6,981 nucleotides of DNA from a virus (lineage: Duplodnaviria > Heunggongvirae > Uroviricota > Caudoviricetes). The notes beneath the pieces were generated by a model. The model ran no database searches. It saw only the letters and a program-made list of their open reading frames with translations, and was not told where the DNA came from. A program made the position numbers and the translations under genes. The stretch lies in IMG/VR virus record IMGVR_UViG_2695420514_000012; one strand, 5' to 3'. Below are positions 1-6,205 of the stretch, in pieces (the first letter of the stretch is position 1; the number at the start of each line of letters is the position of its first letter).

Positions 1-1
1 A

Positions 2-133
2 GCTGTTTACGGTGCGCAGGGGGTCAAAGTGCCACTGAATGATGCGCTTCTTCAGTGGGAGAAGGAGCATACAGAAGGCACCTCAGATCCATTTGCTGAG
101 ATTGAGAAGGCATTATTTGTTGCTGCTCGGTGA
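2..133 (+). CDS. 3' end of an upstream gene (partial, start lies outside the window); probably the tail assembly chaperone (G-T type) by synteny
   Basis: Open frame from position 2 to TGA at 131-133, translating to AVYGAQGVKVPLNDALLQWEKEHTEGTSDPFAEIEKALFVAAR*. Same strand and similar GC to the tail genes downstream. The identity as the T/GT chaperone is inferred only from its position upstream of the tape measure gene; I do not recognise the sequence itself. Confidence 0.4.
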   Translation, partial: AVYGAQGVKVPLNDALLQWEKEHTEGTSDPFAEIEKALFVAAR

Positions 134-142
134 TCTTTTCAC

Positions 143-173
143 TTGACTGGATTATTATTCCCATTTTATTGAG
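143..173 (+). promoter_or_regulatory. Putative sigma70-type promoter for the moron ORF
   Basis: TTGACT at 143-148 is a near-consensus -35 hexamer. The -10 is ambiguous: TTTTAT at 164-169 or TATTGA at 167-172 in the AT-rich stretch about 15-18 bp downstream. The assignment is weak and an upstream promoter could drive this gene instead. Confidence 0.25.
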
Positions 174-190
174 AAAGTAAGGAAACATTG

Positions 191-532
191 ATGGAATTTT
201 TACTTATTTCAATAGTTTTGGGACTAATTCCAGCTATTATTGCGAAAAGCAAAGGTCGCTCATTTTTAGGATGGTGGGTATATGGTGCGATGATCTTTAT
301 TGTTGCTCTGGTTCATTCGCTGGTAATCCAAAGAGATGAGAAGGCACATGAACAACAAATGGTAAGCAATGGCATGAAGAAATGCCCTTACTGTGCGGAG
401 TTGATCAAAGAAGAGGCTATTAAATGTAAGCATTGCGGTAGTGATTTAATTTGCAATGCAGATAGTTCCGTTTCACAAAAAACGGATGATGAATATCTTC
501 AGGAAGCAAGGCGTAAGGCCGGACTTCTTTAA
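191..532 (+). CDS. Hypothetical small membrane protein with two predicted TM helices and a C-terminal CxxC-x10-CxxC zinc ribbon (moron gene)
   Basis: ATG at 191 is preceded by AAGGA (179-183) at 7 nt spacing; the ORF track start at 188 is a TTG one codon upstream. Stop TAA at 530-532. The protein [51 protein letters not shown]... has two hydrophobic segments (about aa 3-18 and 25-46) separated by the basic loop KSKGRS, then CPYC(aa 65-68)...CKHC(aa 79-82), then an acidic tail. The coding region is visibly more AT-rich than all flanking tail genes. Function is unknown. Confidence 0.7.
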   Translation: MEFLLISIVLGLIPAIIAKSKGRSFLGWWVYGAMIFIVALVHSLVIQRDEKAHEQQMVSNGMKKCPYCAELIKEEAIKCKHCGSDLICNADSSVSQKTDDEYLQEARRKAGLL

Positions 533-540
533 AGAATACA

Positions 541-564
541 AAAACCGCTTCGGCGGTTTTTTTT
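541..564 (+). terminator. Rho-independent (intrinsic) terminator downstream of the moron ORF
   Basis: AAAACCGC-TTCG-GCGGTTTTTTTT: a 4-bp GC stem (545-548 with 553-556) extendable by A:U pairs (541-544 with 557-560), a UUCG tetraloop (549-552), and an uninterrupted T8 tract (557-564). It lies 9 nt after the moron stop and 10 nt before the tape measure start. Confidence 0.75.
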
Positions 565-574
565 CGTCCGGAGA

Positions 575-3500
575 ATGAGTGTGGCGACATTACGTGAACT
601 GATTATTAAAATCTCGGCAAACTCCCGGTCATTCCAGTCAGAGATCTCCCGGGCTTCGCGTATGGGGCAGGATTACTACCGCACCATGCAGAACGGAGGC
701 CGACAGTCTGCTGCTGCATCCCGTGAAATGCGGCGTGCACTGGCAGAAGTGACGGATCAGATAAATACAGCTAAATCTTCGGCACTGAATATGGCTGGGG
801 CATTTGCCGGGGCTTTTGCTACCGGTCATCTTATTTCTCTCGCCGATGAGTGGAATTCAGTAAATGCCCGTCTGAAGCAGGCCTCACAGTCCAGTGATGA
901 TTTTCAGGCATCACAGCGTGAATTAATGGCGATCAGCCAGAGAACGGGGACGGCGTTTTCTGATAACGCCAGCCTTTTTGCCCGTTCTGCAGCTTCCATG
1001 CGGGAGTATGGTTACAGTTCTGAGGAAGTACTGAAAGTCACCGAGGCGATCTCTACTGGCCTGAAATTATCCGGTGCCAGTACAGCAGAAGCCAGTTCGG
1101 TGATCACGCAGTTCAGTCAGGCTCTGGCGCAGGGGGTGCTGCGCGGTGAAGAGTTTAACTCGGTGAATGAGAACGGCGATCGTGTTATTCGTGCGCTGGC
1201 TGCGGGAATGGGAGTTGCCCGTAAGGATCTGAAGGCCATGGCGGATAACGGAAAGTTAACTGCCGATAAGGTTGTTCCTGCACTGATTAGTCAGCTTGGG
1301 GCATTACGTGATGAATATGCGGCAATGCCTGATACGGTTTCATCCTCTGCAACCAAAGTTGAAAACGCCTTTATGGCCTGGGTTGGTGGTGCGAACGAGG
1401 CAAGCGGAGTGACGAAGACGCTCTCCGGTGTGCTGAATGGTATTGCAGGCAATATTGACACCGTGGCAACCGCTGCCGGTGCTCTGGTTGCTGTCGGGGT
1501 AGCCCGATATTTTGGCAATATGGCGGCTTCTGCTGGATCTGCAACTGCCGGATTAATTACTGCAGCCAGAAACGAAGTAGCTCTTGCGGAAGCGCAACTC
1601 CGGGGGACACAGATAGCAACCGCCAGGGCGCGTGCGGCGGTTTATCGTGCGCAACAGGCGGTTGTTGCTGCTCGCGGTACCGAAAGGCAGGCAGCAGCAG
1701 AAGCGAAGCTGACAGTTGCCCAGGCGTCGCTTACCCGTAATATTGCGGCCAGAACAGCGGCACAGACAACGCTGAATAATGTTACGTCAGTGGGGAGCCG
1801 TCTGTTAAGTGGTGCGCTGGGGTTGGTTGGTGGTGTGCCGGGACTCGTCATGCTGGGGGCGACGGCTTGGTACACAATGTATCAGAATCAGGAGCAGGCC
1901 AGAGAATCTGCACGCCAGTATGCCGCAACAATCGACGAAATTCGCCAGAAAACGTCGGCAATGTCGCTTCCTGAAACGTCAGATAATGAAGAAAAGACGC
2001 GGCAGGCACTGAAGGAGCAGAACAGGTTAATTGACGAGCAGAAAAGTAAGATCAAATCCTTACAGGAAAAAATTGCCGGCTATCAGTATGTGCTGGCAAA
2101 CCCGGGCTGGACAACCGATAACGGTTTTATGATTAACCATATGACGTCGGTAAAAACTGTCACAGAAGGGCTTGCAGAAGCAACAAATCAACTGGCAGTT
2201 GAACAGTCTCGCCTAACTCAAATGCAGGGTAAAGCGCAATCCATTCAGGATGTGCTTGCCGGGCTGGAGGAGCGGCGGGTTGCGTTGATCCGTCAACAGG
2301 CAGCGGAACAAAACAAAGCGTATCAGTCCATGTTGATCATGAATGGGCAGCATACCGAGTTTAATCGCCTTCTCGGGCTTGGTAATGAATTACTTCAGCA
2401 GCGACAGGGGCTGGTGAATGTACCGTTACGGCTGCCACAGGCCACCCTGGATGATAAACAGCAGACCGCACTGAATAACAGCGAGCGCGAACTGGCTCTG
2501 TCCCGCCTGAAGGGGGAAGCCCGTGAGCGTGCCCGACTGGGTTATGCTGCGGATGATCTCGGCTTTGTGGGAGAGGCGTATCAGACAGCCAGACAGAATT
2601 ATATCAATAACTCACTGGATGCCTGGCGAAATAACCAGGCAAATAAACCCAAAGCGCATAAAAAGACCGAAGCGGAAAAAACAGAAGATATTTATAAACG
2701 GCTGATTAAACAGCAAAAAGAACAAATAGCACTGGCAGGTCAGAATACTGAACTGGCCAGGATGAAATATCAGGTCAGTCAGGGCGAATTATCAACCCTG
2801 TCAGAAGCGCAGAAAAAAACGCTTTTACAGAATGCGGCACTCATCGACCAGAAAAAGATTCGTGAGCAGCTTGCCGCGTATGAAAGCAGTCTGGCGGACA
2901 GTAATGCCAGCGCCCGGGCATCTGACGACGCGCAGTTGCTGGGATATGGTGAAGGCTCACGGATGCGTGAACGACTCCAGGAAATGTGGAGTATCCGGCA
3001 GGCGTTTGAGCAGAAAAATAACGAGCTGCTGAGACAGTATCAGGCCGGAGAAATTGAAGAAGCCCTGTGGAAACAGGAAAAATCGCTGAATGAAAAATAT
3101 CTGGAAGAGCGTCTCAGCGATCAGCAGGATTATTATGCAAAGGCTGATGCTTTACGCAGTGACTGGAATGCCGGACTCCAGGAGGGGCTGACGAACTGGG
3201 CAGACAGTGCCACCGATTATGCTTCGCAGGCGGCAGATGCTGTCGTTTCCACTATGGACGGGCTGGTATCAAATATTTCCGATGCACTGGCCGGAAATGT
3301 TGTGGACTGGCGAAACTGGGGGAGTTCAATCCTCCAGGAAGTTTCAAAAATTCTGATGAACGCTGCCATCGTTAACGGGCTGAAGTCACTTTCCAAAAGC
3401 ATGTCCGGTGCCGGAGGATGGCTTGGTACGGTCGGCGACTGGCTTTCCGGTGCAGTGGCAAACGCAAAAGGTGGTGTTTACACATCGGCAAATCTGAGTG

Positions 3501-3820
3501 CTTACAGTAACACTATTGTGGATACACCGACGTATTTTGCTTTTGCGAAAGGTGCCGGGCTGATGGGCGAGGCCGGGCCTGAAGCTATCATGCCACTGAC
3601 ACGGGCAGCGGACGGCTCTCTTGGGGTCAGAGCCATTGGCAATGTGAATGGTGGCGGGGGATTTGTTTATTCTCCCGTGTATCACATCAGTATTCAGAAT
3701 AAAGGGAGCAATGGCGAGATAGATACGCAGTCAGCTAGGGGGCTGGTGGATCTGATCGACAGCAGGGTTGTGTCAATTATGCAGTCATCACGTCGGGACG
3801 GAGGATTATGCAGTGCCTGA
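575..3820 (+). CDS. H: Tail length tape measure protein (lambda gpH-like C-terminus; 1081 aa)
   Basis: Single 3246-nt ORF ending TGA at 3818-3820. The C-terminal third (roughly from ...DWNAGLQEGLTNWADSATDY... through ...GAGGWLGTVGDWLSGAVANAKGG...) resembles the lambda H C-terminal region as I recall it. The N-terminal part is Ala/Gly/Ser-rich and helical like a tape-measure core; there is a hydrophobic Gly-rich segment (LLSGALGLVGGVPGLVMLGATAWYTMY) and a long Q/E/K/R-rich predicted coiled coil. It sits immediately upstream of M-L-K-I-J. Start is ambiguous: ATG 575 has GGAG only 1 nt upstream, whereas the in-frame GTG at 581 has canonical 7-nt spacing. Confidence 0.92.
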   Translation: MSVATLRELIIKISANSRSFQSEISRASRMGQDYYRTMQNGGRQSAAASREMRRALAEVTDQINTAKSSALNMAGAFAGAFATGHLISLADEWNSVNARLKQASQSSDDFQASQRELMAISQRTGTAFSDNASLFARSAASMREYGYSSEEVLKVTEAISTGLKLSGASTAEASSVITQFSQALAQGVLRGEEFNSVNENGDRVIRALAAGMGVARKDLKAMADNGKLTADKVVPALISQLGALRDEYAAMPDTVSSSATKVENAFMAWVGGANEASGVTKTLSGVLNGIAGNIDTVATAAGALVAVGVARYFGNMAASAGSATAGLITAARNEVALAEAQLRGTQIATARARAAVYRAQQAVVAARGTERQAAAEAKLTVAQASLTRNIAARTAAQTTLNNVTSVGSRLLSGALGLVGGVPGLVMLGATAWYTMYQNQEQARESARQYAATIDEIRQKTSAMSLPETSDNEEKTRQALKEQNRLIDEQKSKIKSLQEKIAGYQYVLANPGWTTDNGFMINHMTSVKTVTEGLAEATNQLAVEQSRLTQMQGKAQSIQDVLAGLEERRVALIRQQAAEQNKAYQSMLIMNGQHTEFNRLLGLGNELLQQRQGLVNVPLRLPQATLDDKQQTALNNSERELALSRLKGEARERARLGYAADDLGFVGEAYQTARQNYINNSLDAWRNNQANKPKAHKKTEAEKTEDIYKRLIKQQKEQIALAGQNTELARMKYQVSQGELSTLSEAQKKTLLQNAALIDQKKIREQLAAYESSLADSNASARASDDAQLLGYGEGSRMRERLQEMWSIRQAFEQKNNELLRQYQAGEIEEALWKQEKSLNEKYLEERLSDQQDYYAKADALRSDWNAGLQEGLTNWADSATDYASQAADAVVSTMDGLVSNISDALAGNVVDWRNWGSSILQEVSKILMNAAIVNGLKSLSKSMSGAGGWLGTVGDWLSGAVANAKGGVYTSANLSAYSNTIVDTPTYFAFAKGAGLMGEAGPEAIMPLTRAADGSLGVRAIGNVNGGGGFVYSPVYHISIQNKGSNGEIDTQSARGLVDLIDSRVVSIMQSSRRDGGLCSA

Positions 3821-4154
3821 GTCTGAAGTTTTTAACTGGATCCCCCGCGAGGGGATGGAGACGACACGAAAGCCATCTGTTATTACAGTAAAGTTCGGTG
3901 ACGGATATGAACAGCGACGGGCTGGTGGTCTGAATGCGGATCTGAAAACCTTTAAACCGGTATTTCGTGTCACAGATGAATATTCCCGCGCCGCGCTGGA
4001 CAGTTTTTTATCCCGTCATGCCGGGATGCGTGCTTTTTTGTGGCGCCCGCCAAAACACAACAGGACTGTCAGGGTTGTCTGCAGGGAGTGGAGTACTTCG
4101 GATAATGCCATGTATACCGATTTTAACTGTACCTTTGAAGAGGTCACTCACTGA
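3813..4154 (+). CDS. M: Minor tail protein M (tail tip assembly)
   Basis: GTG at 3813 is preceded by GGAGGA (3800-3805) and overlaps the H stop by 8 nt; stop TGA at 4152-4154. The product is about 113 aa and carries ...KFGDGYEQRRAGGLNADLKTF...FLWRPP..., recognisably homologous to lambda gpM (109 aa) though diverged. The ORF-track start at 3768 is an in-frame upstream extension inside H and is not used; an ATG at 3855 is a less likely alternative start. Confidence 0.85.
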   Translation: MPESEVFNWIPREGMETTRKPSVITVKFGDGYEQRRAGGLNADLKTFKPVFRVTDEYSRAALDSFLSRHAGMRAFLWRPPKHNRTVRVVCREWSTSDNAMYTDFNCTFEEVTH

Positions 4155-4852
4155 TGCAGGATATACAACAGGAAACACTGAATGAGTGTACAAAAGCGGA
4201 GCAATCCGCACTGGTCGTGCTCTGGGAAGTCGATCTGACCGAAGTCGGTGGCGAGCGTTATTTTTTCTGTAATGAGCAGAACGAAAAAGGTGAGTCAGTC
4301 ACCTGGCAGGGGCGACAGTATCAGGCGTACCCTATTCAGGGAAGCGGCTTTGAGATGAACGGCAAAGGAGCCAGTGCAAGACCAACGCTGAAAGTCTCTA
4401 ACCTGCACGGCATGGTCACCGGGATGGCGGAAGACCTGCAAAGTCTGGTCGGCGGAACGGTGGTCAGGCGTAAGGTTTACGCCCGTTTTCTGGATGCGGT
4501 GAACTTCGTCAACGGAAACATCGAGGCAGACCCGGAGCAGGAGGCGATCAGCCGCTGGCGCATCGAGCAGTGCAGCGAACTGAGCGCAGTGAGTGCCTCC
4601 TTTGTACTGTCCACGCCGACGGAAACGGATGGCGCTGTTTTTCCGGGACGTATCATGCTGGCCAACACCTGCACCTGGACCTATCGCGGCGATGAGTGCG
4701 GTTATCACGGTCCGGCGGTCGCGGATGAATATGACCAGCCAACGTCCGATATCACGAAGGATAAATGCAGCAAATGCCTGAGCGGCTGTAAGTTTCGCAA
4801 TAACGTCGGCAACTTTGGCGGCTTCCTTTCCATTAACAAACTTTCGCAGTAA
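4154..4852 (+). CDS. L: Minor tail protein L (tail tip assembly, Cys-rich C-terminus)
   Basis: ATG at 4154 overlaps the M stop (cTGATG); stop TAA at 4850-4852. The 232-aa product is the same length as lambda gpL, and the sequence MQDIQQETLNECTKAEQSALVVLWEVDLTEVGGERYFFCNEQNEKG... through ...CSKCLSGCKFRNNVGNFGGFLSINKLSQ is close to lambda gpL as I recall it. Confidence 0.93.
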   Translation: MQDIQQETLNECTKAEQSALVVLWEVDLTEVGGERYFFCNEQNEKGESVTWQGRQYQAYPIQGSGFEMNGKGASARPTLKVSNLHGMVTGMAEDLQSLVGGTVVRRKVYARFLDAVNFVNGNIEADPEQEAISRWRIEQCSELSAVSASFVLSTPTETDGAVFPGRIMLANTCTWTYRGDECGYHGPAVADEYDQPTSDITKDKCSKCLSGCKFRNNVGNFGGFLSINKLSQ

Positions 4853-4856
4853 TCCC

Positions 4857-5600
4857 ATGACAGAGACAGAATCAGCGATTCTGGCGCACACCCGGCGATG
4901 TGCGCCAGCGGAGTCGTGCGGCTTCGTGGTGAGAACGCCGGAGGGGGACAGATATTTTCCCTGCGTGAATATCTCCGGTGAGCCGGAGGATTATTTCAGG
5001 CTGTCGCCGGAGGACTGGCTGCGGGCAGAGCTGCAGGGTGAGATTGTGGCGCTGGTCCACAGCCACCCCGGTGGTCTGCCCTGGCTGAGTGAGGCTGACC
5101 GGCGGTTGCAGGTGCAGAGTGATTTGCCATGGTGGCTGGTCTGCCGGGGGGCGATTCACAAGTTCCGCTGTGTGCCACATCTTACCGGGCGGCGCTTTGA
5201 GCACGGGGTGACGGACTGTTACACGCTGTTCCGGGATGCTTATCATCTGGCGGGGATTGAGATGCCGGATTTTCATCGTGAGGATGACTGGTGGCGTCAC
5301 GGTCAGAATCTCTATCTGGATAATCTGGAGGCCACAGGGCTGTATCAGGTGCCGTTGTCATCAGCACAACCGGGCGATGTGCTGCTGTGCTGCTTTGGTT
5401 CATCGGTGCCGAATCATGCCGCCATTTACTGTGGTGACGGCGAGCTGCTGCACCATATTCCTGAACAACTGAGCAAACGAGAGAGGTATACCGACAAATG
5501 GCAGCGACGCACACACTCCCTCTGGCGTCACCGGGCATGGCACGCATCTGCCTTTACGGGGATTTACAACGATTTGGCCGCCGCATCGACCTTCGTGTGA
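4857..5600 (+). CDS. K: Tail tip assembly protein K (MPN/JAMM-like plus NlpC/P60-like domains)
   Basis: ATG at 4857 lies 4 nt after the L stop; stop TGA at 5598-5600. The product MTETESAILAHTRRCAPAESCGFVV... contains an HSHPGG...SEAD JAMM-type motif and, downstream, a Cys (GVTDCYTLF) and His (PNHAAIY) consistent with an NlpC/P60 fold, as described for lambda gpK. The ORF-track start at 4815 is an upstream in-frame extension inside L. Confidence 0.9.
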   Translation: MTETESAILAHTRRCAPAESCGFVVRTPEGDRYFPCVNISGEPEDYFRLSPEDWLRAELQGEIVALVHSHPGGLPWLSEADRRLQVQSDLPWWLVCRGAIHKFRCVPHLTGRRFEHGVTDCYTLFRDAYHLAGIEMPDFHREDDWWRHGQNLYLDNLEATGLYQVPLSSAQPGDVLLCCFGSSVPNHAAIYCGDGELLHHIPEQLSKRERYTDKWQRRTHSLWRHRAWHASAFTGIYNDLAAASTFV

Positions 5601-6145
5601 AAACGGGGGCTGAAGCCATCCGGGCGCTGGCCACGCAGCTTCCGTCGTTTCGCCAGAAACTGAATGAGGGCTGGTATCAGGTGCGCATTGCCGGACGTGA
5701 TGCAGGCGAAAATGAATTATCAGCCCGTCTTAATGAACCGCTGGCAAATGGTGCCATGATCCATATTGTGCCGCGCCTGGCGGGAGCCAAAAGTGGCGGT
5801 GTGTTTCAGGCGGTGCTGGGTGCGGCGCTGATTGCGGTGGCATGGTGGAACCCCGCAGGTTGGTTGGGGGCTGCCGCAATTACAGGAATGTATGGTGCGG
5901 GGGCCAGTATGATCCTTGGCGGTGTGGCCCAGATGCTGGCCCCTAAACCCAGAACTCCCCGCACACAAACAACGGATAACGGTAAGCAGAACACGTATTT
6001 CTCGTCACTGGACAATATGGTTGCCCAGGGCAATGTTCTGCCTGTTCTGTACGGTGAAATGCGCGTGGGGTCACGTGTGGTCTCTCAGGAGATCAGCACG
6101 GCAGACGAGGGGGACGGTGGTCAGGTTGTGGTGATTGGTCGTTGA
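5498..6145 (+). CDS. I: Tail assembly protein I
   Basis: ATG at 5498 with GAGAGG upstream; stop TGA at 6143-6145. The product MAATHTLPLASPGMARICLYGDLQRFGRRIDLRVKTGAEAIRALATQL... ends ...NTYFSSLDNMVAQGNVLPVLYGEMRVGSRVVSQEISTADEGDGGQVVVIGR, matching lambda gpI as I recall it, with a Gly/Ala-rich hydrophobic linker in the middle. It overlaps the 3' end of K by 103 nt in a different frame. Confidence 0.9.
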   Translation: MAATHTLPLASPGMARICLYGDLQRFGRRIDLRVKTGAEAIRALATQLPSFRQKLNEGWYQVRIAGRDAGENELSARLNEPLANGAMIHIVPRLAGAKSGGVFQAVLGAALIAVAWWNPAGWLGAAAITGMYGAGASMILGGVAQMLAPKPRTPRTQTTDNGKQNTYFSSLDNMVAQGNVLPVLYGEMRVGSRVVSQEISTADEGDGGQVVVIGR

Positions 6146-6163
6146 TGAAAAACGTTTTATGTG

Positions 6164-6192
6164 AAACCGCCTCAGGGCGGTTTTGTCGTTTC
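6164..6192 (+). terminator. Terminator-like hairpin in the I-J intergenic spacer (possible attenuator or RNA-stability element)
   Basis: AAACCGCC (6164-6171) pairs with GGCGGTTT (6176-6183) around loop TCAG (6172-6175), giving 8 bp with 5 G:C pairs, followed by the T-rich but interrupted tail TGTCGTTTC. It is weaker than the 541-564 terminator because much of the U-tract is used in the stem. Confidence 0.35.
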
Positions 6193-6205
6193 TGGAGCGA
6201 GAGGA

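Noticed and set aside
188-190. TTG at 188 as the start of the moron ORF
   Set aside because: The adjacent ATG at 191 has better spacing (7 nt) to the AAGGA Shine-Dalgarno and is the more probable initiator; the difference is a single codon.
638-3685. Minus-strand ORFs (638..829, 1291..1518, 1642..1875, 3217..3402, 3386..3685) and alternative-frame plus-strand ORFs (1809..2012, 2523..2705, 2832..3032) inside the tape measure gene
   Set aside because: They are fully embedded in a long, well-supported + strand gene, are short, and their translations are low-complexity (Ala/Pro/Arg/Cys-rich), as expected from reading a GC-rich coding strand out of frame. No ribosome-binding sites were noted.
3808-3810. 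ATG at 3808 as an alternative start for M
   Set aside because: It is in a different reading frame from the gpM-like ORF and opens only a short frame; the in-frame GTG at 3813 is used instead.
3768-3812. ORF-track N-terminal extension of M starting at ATG 3768
   Set aside because: The extension lies inside the H coding region with no ribosome-binding site. GTG 3813 with GGAGGA 8 nt upstream gives a product of about lambda gpM length.
4815-4856. ORF-track N-terminal extension of K starting at ATG 4815
   Set aside because: It overlaps the 3' end of L. ATG 4857 immediately after the L stop gives the MTETESAIL... N-terminus expected for gpK.
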